From Eledone cirrhosa (taxonomy: Eukaryota), in NCBI GenBank assembly GCA_964016885.1, contig OZ024751.1:3596001-3660000 (forward strand): a DNA stretch of 64,000 nt, given 5' to 3'. The position numbers were made by a program, and so were the translations under genes. Position 1 is the first letter of the stretch. Every line of letters begins with the position of its first letter. Positions 28,065 to 42,462 of the stretch are shown here, in pieces. The notes beneath the pieces are model-generated. The model was not told where the DNA came from. It ran no database searches and worked only from the letters and a program-made list of their open reading frames with translations.

Positions 28065-28688
28065 TTGTTGTATACAGATATTAACTCATCAATCACATTA
28101 TTTATATCATATATCAACATAGAGATGAGCGTCGTATGTATGTTTATTTCAAAATTGGTCAACACACAAGCAGGTAATACATACATCAAAAGGCAACCCT
28201 CTTAGAGAGACAGAGAGACAGAGAGTGAAAGAGACAGATTAGGAAAACTACACACACACACACACCTTGAGAGAGAGAGGGGGGAGAGAGAGACAGGGAA
28301 AGAGAAACAGAGGGACGGGCAAGTAGGTAATACATACATCTAAAATCATTTGGATACAAATATCATAATATAATGGATGCAGAACGAAAATACAGACAAT
28401 TATAATAATGTATGTATCCCACACACTTTTTCTCTCGTCGCTCGCATAAGTAACACACACACAAACAGGCACTCACATACACATGCACATACACACATAC
28501 ACAAACACACATACACATACACAAACACACACACACATATCTATACTTTATATGTATGTATGCATGTAGGTATGTAAGATCATTCCCCCTCTCTATAATT
28601 GAACTGCTTTACACTCTCTGTCACTCTTCACTCTCTATATGACAACACTGTTTTATTTTCCGTATCTCTCTTCAATATATACACACAC

Positions 28689-28794
<106 letters not shown>

Positions 28795-29069
28795 GGAAAA
28801 CTACACACACAGAGAGAGACAGAAAAACAGAGGGAGGGGAAAAGACAGAGATAGGCCGTTAGACAGAGAGAGATACAATTAAAGTGTTAGTTATTCAGAG
28901 AGAGACAGGGGAGGACCAGCAAGTGACAGATTTTCCAATGATGTTAGATCAAGTATCGACATTAAAATAATTTTCAAATAAATGTGTATGTTCAAATGTA
29001 TCGGTGATTGAAAAATAACGTTCATTTCCGTCGTCTATCTTTCATCTGTCGTCGCTCGCATAAGCAACA

Positions 29070-29169
<100 letters not shown>

Positions 29170-29313
29170 TACACATACTTTCACAACTGATTTCGCCAAT
29201 TTCCGGATAACATCAAAACAAAACACACAGACACGCACATGCACATACACACATACACAAACACACATACACATACACAAACACACACATATCTATACTG
29301 TATACTATGTATG

Positions 29314-30112
29314 TTCTTCTGGTTTTATAATTTCACAAAGTTTTACCAATAGAGAGAGAGTCGGTTTCTAACATAGACACAAGACTCTCTCATTGGAATT
29401 TACACAACAACTAGGTAGATATGTATGTATGCATGCATGTATAGATATGGATGTTATTGTATGTGTGGATGTGGATGTTTTGAGTTGTATGTGTGCATGT
29501 GTATATGCTTTGTATCTGTACATGTGTATATGCAGTTATTAGATGCAAAATTTTTGGAATGTTTTACATATTTTTACTGTTCCATTAATGGATTGTACTT
29601 GTAATTTCCTAACTAGTTGTGTTCTTTCTGTTCCTCTGAAGCCTAGCTTCTCAAGATTTGTATTGAGGCAGTTACTAACATATCCCATTGCCCCAATAAT
29701 CACAGGCATAAATCTGAAGGTGTAATCAGGGTGAAGTATCTGCAGATTTCTCATCAGTTCTGCATAAATATTCTCCTTTTCACTAATCTTTGATATTATA
29801 TTGGCATCTGCTGGGCAGCTAATTTCCACTACTGTGCATGTTTTCTTCTCCCTGTCCCATATCATATTATCTGATTTGTTATGCCTGCATTTTATTGGGG
29901 TTTTTACTGGAACATTCCACCAGTACTCTTTCATATTATGTACATGGATGTCTTCCACATTGTTGTAGCTTTTAATGTGTTTATTATCGGGGCTATCTTT
30001 TTTACGAACTGCAATGTACAGTGTTTTGGCCACTACATCATGCCTCATAGGTAGATAGTACCGCGATGACATCTTTGGACAGCTGCTGATGACATGGGTG
30101 ATATCATCGATG
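29314..30112 (-). mobile_element. 5'-truncated Dong/R4-like RLE LINE in a (TATG)n tract
   Basis: ORF 29539-30072: RHDVVAK...K.D.MIWD......VVEISCP......EKENIY..L; near-identical to 34968-35760. Confidence 0.85.
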
Positions 30113-30240
30113 TATGTATGTATGCATGTATGTATGTAAGATCATTCCCCCTCTCTATAATTTAACTGTTTTACTCTCTCTGTCGCTCTTCCTTCTCTAT
30201 CTGACAACAGTTTTAGTTTCCGTATCTCCCTTTAATATAT

Positions 30241-30332
<92 letters not shown>

Positions 30333-30438
30333 GAAAAACTACACACACACATCTACAGAGAGAGACAGAAAAACAGAGGGAAGGGAAAAGCGAGAGATAG
30401 GCCGTTAGACAGAGAGAGATACGATTAAATTGTTAGTT

Positions 30439-30518
<80 letters not shown>

Positions 30519-30964
30519 AAGGACAATGTGACACGGGAGGTGTGTGGTATTTTTGCAGTGGAGTGGTGGGGGCAGGTATACATAGCCGGACGCCAGCCGG
30601 ACGAGTTAGCTAGTTATATATAAACTGCATTAGGAGAAAATTAGTGACAGAAAATTAGTATGTTTATTTAAGTGATCACCACCGGAAGTGTTGACATAAC
30701 ACACTCTCTCTTTCTATATATATGGTAGTTGAAGTGGTGGTGGTAGTGGCAACGAAATACCGGAAGTGTAACTTTGAAAAGAATTCAATTTTGAATTATT
30801 TATTTTTACGAAATTATTTTTGTTTACGAAATTAAGTAGATAAATTATGTAATATTCATTCATTATTTATTCAAAGTAATCCAACTTATTTTACTAACGG
30901 GATATAAAGAATAAACCGTACGTAGTCCCGCAGAACTTCCTTTATTATAGTTTAGATTATTGTC

Positions 30965-31737
30965 CCCGAACATTCGTGTATTTATATGTAGGTATGGGTG
31001 AGCGCTTGTTATATACGTATTTATTTACTTATATACGTTTATATAATTATTTATTTATTTGTACACAAGCATACACACACACACATATTTATATGTGCGT
31101 GGTTTTGTATACCTATGGTAAGGTTTTGCGTATGCTTGTGTATGTACGTATCTGTTTGCGTGTATGTATTTATTTGTTTCTATTACTTCTGTATTGTATT
31201 TATTTACTTTGTTCTTAACTCTGTAGCGGAGATTCATTTGGTCTCCTAGTTAGAATTTTAGTCTACGACTTCTGCTATACCTTTTACGTGGTTTTGTCTT
31301 TGCGTGCTTTTGTTCTCCACGCTCCACATATGACGTATTATCTTCGTTATTTCGTTCATTGCCAGAGAACGTCTCTATGCACCACCTAAGAGAACATTAG
31401 TCTACGACCTCTTTTATACCATAAACGTGGTTTTGTCTTTGCGCGTAATTGTTTTTCACCGCTCCTATTAATGACGTATTATATTCGTTTTTTCCCGTTC
31501 TTTGCCAGCGAACGTTACCACGAACCAAAGTATCGTCTTCCTGTCTTCCTCCGGTTGCAACGTTTTTTGAAATATCCAGTTCTGCGTTTACAGATTGACT
31601 TTGTTAGTTTCAGAAGATCCCGTTAAGGGTGAAAGCAGCGATTCTTTGCTTAAACTTTAATCTGTTATTTTAATAAATATTTGCTCTACGGTTCTTATAT
31701 ATTTGATATATATTTTCCTTATCGAGCCCTCTTTGGA
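30965..31737 (+). mobile_element. Solo pLTR of the 21978-25323 PLE family
   Basis: Matches 24612-25323 and continues into sequence whose reverse complement is 22000-22055. Confidence 0.85.
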
Positions 31738-31774
31738 TTTTAGTCTTCAATTTTATTATTATTATTACTATTAT

Positions 31775-31822
<48 letters not shown>

Positions 31823-31826
<4 letters not shown>

Positions 31827-32662
31827 GGAAAAGAATGAAACGAAATTTCATTTCTCACTCTTAGTACGGCTGGTACTTAAATGTAAGTATGTATACGTAT
31901 ATACATATATGTATACAGACGTACAGTAGTATGTATATATATATATATATATATACATACATGTACACATATATATATATATGTACGTATGGGTCTACCG
32001 AACATTTATTATAATGTTCGGTTTGTTTGTAAACAAACAGCCCGAATTACGCCGTACAGTGTTTAGCAACCATCGTCGCCTTTTTGTACAACACTGACAC
32101 CTGAACGATGTACTAGTTTCAAGCTTATTAGCTATCGCCAGCATCGTATACCTTCCTGTCAGATGATTGAACGTTTGAAAGTATATACTTTCCTTATGCA
32201 TATTAACGGCTGAGCAGCCTAATTTGCATATCGAGAGAGTTAGTCGGCCGGGCGTACCGAAAACGATAAATGGAAAAAATGAAACGAAATTTCATTTCTC
32301 ACTCTTAGTACGGCTGCTACTCACTCGATATGCAAATTAGGCTGCTCAGTCGCTAATATGCATAAGGAAAGTATATACTTTCAAACGTTCAATCATCTGA
32401 CAGGAAGGTATACGATGCTGGCGATAGCTAATAAGCTTGAAACTAGTACATCGTTCAGGTGTCAGTGTTGTACAAAAAGGGGACGATGGTTGCTAAACAC
32501 TGTACGGCGTAATTCGGGCTGTTTGTTTACAAACAAACCGAACATTATAATAAATGCTCGGTAAACCCATACGTACATATATATATGTGTGCATGTATGT
32601 ATATATAAATACATACTACTGTACGTCTGTATACATATATGTATGTACGTATACATACTTAC

Positions 32663-32665
<3 letters not shown>
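31823..32665 (-). mobile_element. Retrozyme-like family K: ~445-bp monomer + partial second unit, then an inverted copy (32322-32665)
   Basis: TGGAAAAGAATGAAACGAAATTTC at 31826 and 32271; HHR copies at 32105-32147(-) and 32412-32454(+), both with a CTGGCGA core. Confidence 0.8.
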
Positions 32666-32722
<57 letters not shown>

Positions 32723-32861
32723 CATACACACATACATACATACACACATACACACATACATATATAGATATACATGCATATACGCATAGCCACATTCATA
32801 TATAGATATATACATAAACACATACATACACACATACACACATACACACACACATATATGA

Positions 32862-33770
32862 GAATTGCAGCGTCTTCGCAGACGATTGCCGCCTCTTCGC
32901 TATCGTTCCATCTGCGTCCATGACTTCGGAGATGACTTTGTAGGCCAGCTGTAGATCTGCATGGTTTACGACACAGGTGACAGAATACAGTTATGCTTTC
33001 CACAGAACCGGTGGGGTCTCCTTGTGTGACACAATCTTTATGTACCACCATGTGTCTTTTCAGTCCGGAATTAGTTCTACACAATTTGTTCCATATCACT
33101 CACGTTGTTTCGCCAGGTCTTTGTTGAGTGATGTTGCAAGTGGTTATCCTTTCACGTGACTTCAGATGATTAACATAGCCATTCTTTGAGAGGAGTACAC
33201 GCTGACAGAAATTATGTCCAACTACTGATGACTCCGTCAAGACTGTGAGCACAGCCCTTCCGGAGTAGACGCTTCAATTGTTTATGTTCTAGGCAACATT
33301 CCTGAAAAGCTTTGCAACTTCTCTTTATGCGCTTTCTCCCCTCAGCCCTATTTAGAGCTACCTCTTCCGAATTTTCTATATCAAATGCCAGCTTTTTGAG
33401 ACTGTTCTTGACTCTCATTTTCAGTTTGTGTTGTCCCTGATCCTCATTTTCGGCTTGTGTTGAGGTCTTTTTCCAAGATGGAGCTCACCGTAAAACAGTT
33501 GCTTCGGGATCCTGCTTTCTTTCATACGGATGATATGTCCTGTCCAGCGCATTTGGAAAGGTGTTACATGGGAGTCAACGCTTGGACATTCTGCTTTGAT
33601 AAGAACATGCATATCTTGCCACTTGATGTTGAATATGCGCCTTAAACATTTCTGCTGAAGAAGCCCAAGCAATTTGGTGTGTTTGCGGAATAGCGTCCAG
33701 GTTTCGGTGGAGTATAAAAGAGCAAACAGAACACATGATCTATACACAAAAACTTCTAAAGATCGGACAA
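32862..33770 (-). pseudogene. RTE (BovB-like) LINE 3' end with C2H2 fingers
   Basis: LLYSTETWTL.RKH...QKCLRRI..IKWQD, RWTGHIIRM..SRIPKQLFYGEL..GKR..HKPK; CHLCRKPCRSTAGLQSHLRSH. Confidence 0.85.
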
Positions 33771-34228
33771 CACACACTGTCTATTTAGAGGGGCGGGGGT
33801 AAGTTTTGTTTAATTGTTGTATTCTCAAACATCCAAATTCGACAAAATGTTTGTCCCACTAGACTCTGCAAATAACCTGACAGAAGTTGTGAAAGTTGCA
33901 TAAATATGTTTATATATTTTCCCAATGTTTACCTTTTATTTACACCCTAATGCATTTTAATCAAATATGGCTAAATTTCAAATTTTGAAAAGAAAAGAAA
34001 ACGGACAAATGAATTAGATACATTTCTCTGCTCCCGCCACCACAATAACGTCTACACTCGCCCTAACACCACATTTACACTCACACAAGTCAATCCCCAA
34101 CCTATTTTTAGACTAAAGTCACTGACCTGCTACCAAACTCCCAAACACATACATACATACATACATACATACATACATACATACATACATACATACATAC
34201 ATACATACATACATACATACATACATAC

Positions 34229-35762
34229 AGAACTGATGAGAAATCTGCAGATACTCCACCCTAATTACACCTTCAGATTTATGCCTGTGATTATTGGGGC
34301 ACTGGGGTATGTTAGTAACTGCCTCAATACAAATCTTGAGAAGCTAGGCTTCACAGGAACAGAAAGAACACAACTAGTTAGGAAATTACAAGTACAATCC
34401 ATTAATGGAACAGTAAAAATATGTAAAACATTCCAAACATTTTGCATCTAATAACTGCATATACACATGTACAGATACAAAGCATATACACATGCACACA
34501 TACACATCCACACATACAATAACATCCATCAGTCCAGACAACATTTGAATGTCGCATCATATCTCTCCGACAACATCTACGTTTCTCGAGCAAGTCTGCG
34601 AAACAGATAAGATCATGAGAGTTGGGAAGGAACTCCTTGAGAGATATTCCCCGTGTGATAATCAAAAACTCACAACCAGGGATGTCGCTCAGCAGTATCG
34701 CAGTGAATCCATGGATGAAAAACAGCATGCCTATCAGCAAAAAATCATACATGGATATGTTGCCAGGAAGCTCCAGAGTGAGAGTAATAAACATAAGGAA
34801 AGTAGTCTATCTTGGACCAACAACCGCTATATTTGCTCCCACTTTGAAGGATACGCTTTTGCAATCCAGGAACAGGAGATTAGCACGAAGTACCTGATTC
34901 ACAAAAGAGACAGGGATGCAGGCAAAACACCTAGATGTGATAACAAGTGCAGACTCTGCAGAACTAACATCGAGGATATCACCCATGTCATCAGCAGCTG
35001 TCCAAAGATGTCATCGCGGTACTATCTACCTATGAGGCATGATGTAGTGGCCAAAACACTGTACAATGCAGTTCGTAAAAAAGATAGCCCCGATAATAAA
35101 CACATTAAAAGCTACAACAATGTGGAAGACATCCATGTACATAATATGAAAGAGTACTGGTGGAATGTTCCAGTAAAAACCCCAATAAAATGCAGGCATA
35201 ACAGACCAGATATTATGATATGGGACAGGGAGAAGAAAACATGCACAGTAGTGGAAATTAGCTGCCCAGCAGATGCCAATATAATATCAAAGATTAGTGA
35301 AAAGGAGAATATTTATGCAGAACTGATGAGAAATCTGCAGATACTCCACCCTGATTACACCTTCAGATTTATGCCTGTGATTATTGGGGCACTGGGATAT
35401 GTTAGTAACTGCCTCAATACAAATCTTGAGAAGCTAGGCTTCACAGTAACAGAAAGAACACAACTAGTTGGGAAATTACAAGTACAATCCATTAATAGAA
35501 CAGTAAAATATGTAAAACATTCCAAAAATATGGCATCTAATAACTGCATATACACATGTACAGATACAAAGCATATACACATGCACACATACAACTCAAA
35601 ACATCCACATCCACACATACAATAACATCCATATCTACACATGCATGCATACATACATATCTACCTAGTTGATGTTGTGTAAATTCCAATGAGTCTTGTG
35701 TCTATATTAGAAACCGACTCTCTCTCTATTGGTAAAACTTTGTGAAATTATAAAACCAGAAA
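34229..35762 (+). mobile_element. Dong/R4-like RLE LINE in (CATA)n: short duplicated 3' piece (34229-34529) joined to a longer 3' fragment
   Basis: (CATA)n at 34148-34228 and 35765-35826; 34229-34529 repeats 35319-35631. Confidence 0.85.
34549..35625 (+). pseudogene. R4/Dong-type C-terminus: CCHC zinc knuckle + restriction-like endonuclease
   Basis: K..HG...AIQEQ...CRLCRTNIEDITHVISSC...RHDVVAK...RPDIMIWD...VEISCP...EKENIY; terminal frameshift. Confidence 0.9.
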
Positions 35763-36621
35763 AACATACATACATACATACATACATACATACATACATA
35801 CATACATACATACATACATACATACATGATGACTTCCCCCCCACGTTATCGAGTATGTCCATTGCACAATATAACATTATTAATAATTATTGATTAATGC
35901 TATCGTGTAATACCTGTGCGGGAAAAATTTGTTTAAAGGTGAGGAGAGACAGCACTGAACCAATCCCACTCTCTGGGCGACAGTAGCTATATCCAGAAAA
36001 GACTAAACGATCAACATCATCAGTAACTACTGAGCTATGAATGTAATGTATACATACATGTATGTATGTATACCTACATGTAAGTATGTATACATAGATA
36101 CACATTAAGGTATGCATTACATTTGTGATACATGTAAACATGTGAATAGACGTGTGTGTGTCTGTATGAGTGTATGTGTGTGAGAGATAGTGTGTGCATG
36201 CGTCGTTTCATGTTTACACACACGTGTGTGTGTCAGGAGATGTGTGTTAACCTGTTGTATATTATTTTTAGGATATGTTATTTGCCAGTGTGTGTGCACG
36301 TATATGTGTATTTGTGCGCGCGCGTATATGTGTGTGTGCTTATGTGTGTATGTATGTGTATGTGTGTTTTTTTTAATTATTATTTTACTGTTTTTACTGA
36401 GATTTAAATATTGTGTTCATCATGTGTGCGCGCGCATACTTGTGTGTGCTTGTGCTTGTATGTGTATGTGCGTGTGTGTGTATGTGTGTGTGTGACCCAT
36501 GTGTTTGTGTTTCATTAAAAACGGATTAAGTTTGCACCCATTCTTTATCACCCCACTTGAAGTCACTCCTCTTTCTATGACACAGAACTTCATTTTAAAC
36601 TCTTTTTATTTATCTAAACAT

Positions 36622-36730
36622 TATCCCGCCGAGGTTAACTCTGCCTTTCATCCTTACAGGGTCGATAAAATAAAGTACCAGTAATAAACTGAGTAATTGA
36701 TGGCCTTGTGCCAAAAGTAGAAACAATTAT
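36622..36730 (+). mobile_element. SINE 3' portion
   Basis: CCCGCCGAGGTTAACTCTGCCTTTCATCCTTACAGGGTCGATAAAATAAAGTACCAG. Confidence 0.75.
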
Positions 36731-37709
36731 CTATCCTAATTTTATGGAAGACACTTTGTTAAGTTATGTTCCAAACACCAGTTTAATAATGAGAAAGTTT
36801 GTTATATCACTAAATGCTCCTAAATTCTGAATTATTTTCAAAATGATTTGAGAATGATTTGAAACCATAGGCAGTGTCTTTCATTAAAATATAGCTTTGA
36901 TTATATTTTGTAGGCAGAGTTGCTATGAAACGTCAAAAGGCTGAGCACTATCATATGTAGGGATATCATTTTTTTTTTTTTTTTACTTCAACATGAATTT
37001 TTTTTTTTTTTTTACACTTTAGTCTTTATTGTGTTGTATCAGATGAAAGAATGGTATTTAACTAATCTATTGGTACGCGATGGGGCCCACCCACAGCCCC
37101 AGCGGACAGAATGGAGAAGGTCTCTTTCATTAGAAATGTAATTTGAACTCATACGTGTCCTAACTGAGCTCTACTGTTTTTTGTCAACGTGACCTAGTGT
37201 TTAACTGAATATGAATAATAAGAAGTAAAATAAAAGTAAAAGAAAAGTAAATAAAAAGTAGTAAAATAAAGAACTGTTCCTTTTTAATTCTCTGGAAATT
37301 GTATCGGTTTACTGATCTGACTGTTGTTTGATGCTAGGATGTTTCAAACGTACCACATGCCTGGTTGATATACTTAAGTTCTCCACTTAATGCAATGCTA
37401 TCTATAATGAGTTTCTATAGTTGAAAGACCACCACCCCTCGCCAAAATAGGAAATTAAATACAAATAGAAACATAAAAAACAAAAATGTGATCTCGGAAG
37501 GAAATGGCTGGTTAAAAATATCCTTAAATCAAATGAATAATAAATTTGAGAGTGTGTTGTAAATGATGATAGGTGATGATAACAGTGGCATTAATTGATC
37601 ATATTGTGTTTTGTAGTTACAAACCCACAAACCCTCGTCTGCAGTTGTTTATGTTTCTACACCAATTTAAGGATGTGGATTTTTAGAATAGTTGTAACAC
37701 CACCAGTTC

Positions 37710-38072
37710 AAATTTCTGCTCCCGCCAAAGTCAAATTTAACTTTTATCTTTCCAGGGTTGATAAAATAAAATTGTTCATCTAAGGTAATAGATTAGCGGA
37801 ATGGTTAGTCTCCGGACAAAATGCTTTGCCTTATTTATTCCGGTTCTTTACGTTCTGAGTTCAAATCACGCCAGGGTAGCTTTGCCTTTCATCCTTACGG
37901 GGTCGATAAAATAATGTACTAATAATGCACTGGGGTCTATTTAATCGGCTTTCCCCTCCCCCAAAATTGTTGGCCTCCTAAATCAGAAACGATAATTTAT
38001 TCCGGTTCTTTATGTTCTGAGTTCAAATCACGCCAAAGTTAGCTTTGCCTTTCATCTTTCCTAAGGTCGATA
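37710..38072 (+). mobile_element. Cluster of three tandem SINE copies or fragments
   Basis: GTTCTGAGTTCAAATCACGCC...TTTGCCTTTCATCCTT..GGGTCGATA repeated. Confidence 0.7.
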
Positions 38073-38919
38073 TTTATGTGATATTTGTTCCTACTCTTTA
38101 CTTTCTGAGTTTATCTGTGACGACCTTTGTGCAAAAATCTATCGGCTCTTGCCTTTTCCTTGGACAATATCGTTTGCATGGAGAGGTTGGGGAAACTAGA
38201 TGTATGGGTAACTACTGCTGTTCTATAAAAAAAAAACTCAACTAGGCCTACGGCTAGGAAAGGAAATTTCCGGGTACAGATACATGATTAACCCTAAACG
38301 ATGGAGGCCTTGGATATAAGGTTCTTTCTACTGAATCAGATATGGTTTTCAAATTCTCATTTATTTAATCAATTTAAACATCTGTATAGAGCTAGTAAGT
38401 CACGATTAAGTGATATCTAGTGTCCCTTATAGATAAGAAACAAAGCAACATAGACTGAGAGATAAAAGAAAATAGGGAAGGCCAACGGGAGGCCTAAAAA
38501 AATAAATAAGATTAAAAAATGTAAAACATGAGCAGCTATAAATCATGTACTGAAAAATCTTGTTTATAATCCCATATCAACCCTGGTCTGTAATATTTAG
38601 ATGAGTTTATTGTAAATCTGATAGACCTCGCTTTCGTGGCTTTGTCAGAAGATAAAGGGTAATGGACATAATATTTTTCAGAGCTTAAATTAGTCTGTGG
38701 AAGATGGAGGTTAAACATTGTCGTCAAACCGAAGTCCTGACTCGATTGCTTACAGCAGCATGATTTTTTACTAAATACACCCAAGTGCCATGTAGTGTTG
38801 TTAAATATGGCCACATATTAGTTCTATACCACCCAAGAACAAAAACATAAACACCTTGGCCCTCCCCGACAGAATTCCAAGCAAATTTTTTCTACCAAAT
38901 TGCTCCCCCAAAACTATGG

Positions 38920-39035
38920 TCGACCAGATACTGTAGTAGAAGGAACTTGCTTAAGAGGTGTCGCGCAGTGTGATAGATCGAATACGAAACACCGCCACTG
39001 CGAAGTGAAATCCTTAACCACATAGCCATGCCTGC
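38920..39035 (-). mobile_element. Old tRNA-derived CORE-type SINE
   Basis: Minus strand GCAGGCATGGCTATGTGGTTAAG...CACTGCGCGACACC..AGCAAGTTCCTTCTACTA. Confidence 0.55.
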
Positions 39036-39242
39036 ATCCTAAGCTGCATGTATGCATGGTATCGTAATTCGTGGGGGAGTTGTAAGGGCGCTGTATTTAC
39101 ATACAGCGATTTTGGGGGCATTTTGAAACCTGGCAGAGCCCATCCCTCTCCAGGCCTGAATACAACAGATTTCTTCCAGAGAAGGATAGATAGAGAGTGA
39201 GAGAATGGAAGTTAGAAAGAATTATATAGAAAAAGAATCTAA

Positions 39243-39585
39243 CCCAGTATTAGACTGGTACATTTTATCGACCTCGAATGGATGAAAAGCAAAGTTGACC
39301 TCGGCGGGATTTGAACTGTGAGAGCAGAGTGGTGAAACGAATACTACAAAGCATTCTATCCGGCGTTCTAATTTTTCCAGAGAAAGATAGAGAGTGAGAG
39401 AATGAAAGTGAGAAAGAAATATACAGAGGAAGAATCTAGCCTAGTATTAGACTGGCACTTGTTTTATCAAGCTGGAAAGGAGAAAAGGCAAATTTGACTT
39501 CGGTGGGATTTGAACTAAGAGACAGCAGGGAGCTGGAATGAATAACACAAAGCTATCCGACCTTCTAACGACTCGGCCAATTCGC
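39243..39585 (-). mobile_element. Two tandem SINE copies
   Basis: GATGAAAAGCAAAGTTGACCTCGGCGGGATTTGAACT at ~39281 and a variant at ~39480. Confidence 0.65.
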
Positions 39586-40155
39586 ATCCTCGCATCCTAA
39601 GATAAGAGTTCATTAACCCCGAGACTAAGTTAAACTTTTCCATTTAATTAAAGCGATTGCTCTATCTATTTAGCTGAGTTTGATCTAACGACATTATCTA
39701 AAGATCAGGAAACAGATTATATTTTAAATAAAAAGGCAACAAAAAAGAAATAATAAAACCATATCAATGAAAATAAAAAATAAAAATAAAATAGTTAATT
39801 AAATTTTAACAAAATAATGAGAATGATTAAAATCATCGTAGTTCATTAAAGATTAAATATCTGCTTCATAGAAAACGGAGGTACAGGTTGAAAGAAGGGA
39901 TAGTGGTGGTGGTTGTATTGGTGGGGATGTTCATGGTGGTGTTTTGGTATTGATGGTGGTGGTGGTGGCTTTGGTAATGGTGATGAGGTGGAGGTGATAG
40001 TTTTGGTAAAGGCATTGAGGGTGCTGATGATGGGTGTGTTGATGGTGCTGATGATGGTGGTGTTGATGCTGATGTTGATGGTTGTAGTGGTGATTCTTAT
40101 CTTTTTTTGTCAATCAATTTTCGTAATTCGTGCGAGGAGATGAAAGGGAACAACA

Positions 40156-40215
<60 letters not shown>

Positions 40216-40219
<4 letters not shown>

Positions 40220-40611
40220 GGAATAGAATGAAACGAAATTTCATTTCTCACTCTTAGTACGGCACTTACTTAAATGTAAGTATGTATGTATACGTACATA
40301 CATATATGTATACAGACGTACAGTAGCATGTATATATATACATACAGGCACACATATATATATGCACGTATCAGTTTACCGAACATTTATTATAATGCTC
40401 GGTTTGTTCGTTTGTAAACAAACAAACAGCCTGAATTACGCCGTACAGTGTTTAGGCAACCACGTAATTCAGGCTGTTTGTTTGTTTACAAACGAACAAA
40501 CCGAGCATTATAATAAATGTTCGGTAAACTGATACGTGCATATATATATGTGTGCCTGTATGTATATATATACATGCTACTGTACGTCTGTATACATATA
40601 TATATGTACGT

Positions 40612-40618
<7 letters not shown>
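40216..40618. mobile_element. Family K fold-back fragment in (TA)n
   Basis: 40290-40440 is the reverse complement of 40462-40618. Confidence 0.8.
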
Positions 40619-40682
<64 letters not shown>

Positions 40683-41142
40683 AAGTTTTATTTAAATTAT
40701 TGGGTTACAACGAGTAAATATTTATAACTGATATAAAAGCACTCAACAAGTATTTGGAGTATATTTACGATATTAAATAAATGGAAACTATATTTATAAA
40801 ACCATATTTATTTCATTATATATATTTCAGGGATATCATATTAAAAATATGGTATGCCTTCATCAGACAAAATACAATATAAACAGTCTTATAAATAGAT
40901 AGATTTGACATACCTTACACTTCAACTTCCATTTAAAAAGTTGATTTGGTAGTGAAAAATGTTAGGGACAGTTATAGAGAAAAAAAGAAAAGAAAGAAAG
41001 AAAGAAAGAAAGAAAGCGAAGAAAAAGAAGAAATGCATGCAACGAAAAACAGAGAGAGATAGATATAGAGAGATAGATAGAGAGAAGAAATTCATGTAAA
41101 GAAAAAACAGAGAGAGATAGATAGAGAGAGAAAAAACAGAGG

Positions 41143-41211
<69 letters not shown>

Positions 41212-42462
41212 GAGAGAGAGAAAAGAGAGAGAGAGAGAAAAAATAGAGAGAGATAGATAGAGATAGAGATAGAGAGAGAGAAAAATAGGTAGTTGGGCAC
41301 CAGTTGAATGACGTATCAATGATATATTTATTTATTTATTTATTTATTTAGTTATAGGTAGAGAGAGATATATGTGGTTAGGAGAGAAAACAGCCGTTAT
41401 ATAGAGAGAAAAGAAAAATATCCAGAGATAAACGGGGCAGATTTAAAACATTATGTTTCATCAATCTAAAATATCAATTCGTATGAATTAGGTATTATAA
41501 TGTAAATATCAGTATTCATGAATGAGACACGTATCAATAATGTGTGAAAAATAATGATCATATGTCTAGTTTAAAATTCCTAGGTTTATAATCAGAACTG
41601 AGTTAAACTTCAAAAAAAAAAAAAAATTGAAATACATAAGTATATATGCACTTTCATGAAAAAAGAAAAAGAAAATAGAAGGTTATCCCAGATTCGATAC
41701 TATAGACATCCATGTGAATTTACGTGATCAACTCTGCAAATTCCTATTTCACATGAAAACATTCTCATTGTGCTATAAAAATTCTAGTATACATATATGC
41801 GTACATACACACAAATATATATAGAATCTACATTAATTTTAACAATAATATTCTTGTCTTTACTCTACATGATTATCGTTCAAGCATAAAATAGACAACA
41901 GATATCAATATACCAATAAAAATATTAAAAATATTAAAAATATTAAAAAATATTAAAAAATATTAGAAATATTAAAAAATATTAAAAAATATTAAAAAAT
42001 ATAATTAAAACGCCAAGAAAATTCCCAGAGTATCTCGGGCCGTAATAAAACACAGTATGCCCCGCAAATCAACCACAGAAATCTACCCTTCAAATTTATT
42101 TGACAATATATTGCCAAGTTCATTATAAGCATCAGAATCAAAAGCAAACAAAATCAAAATTATTCACCAAATCCTGTCTAGCAGAAATCATTCCAAAAGT
42201 TTAGGATACCCATTTGATCTATCTACAGATGGTCTTTTATTTATTATAGAAGTTTATCTAGTGTAAAATTTATTCGATATATTTGGAGCATCATCTTATA
42301 TATAGTTTCCATTTATTTAATATCGTAAATATACTCCAAATACTTGTTGAGTGCTTTTATATCAGTTATAAATATTTACTCGTTGTAACCCAACAATTTA
42401 AATAAAACTTTGCATATATCTTGCTCCAATACTGTTGAGCGCTTTATATTATAACTGAAAAA

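Noticed and set aside
32155-32195. CAGATGA...GAAAGTATATACTT in family K as a second HHR
   Set aside because: No stem I or convincing stem II; the well-formed HHR is on the opposite strand
38536-38814. 92-aa ORF in non-repetitive sequence as a host exon
   Set aside because: No recognisable domain or splice context; nothing supports coding function
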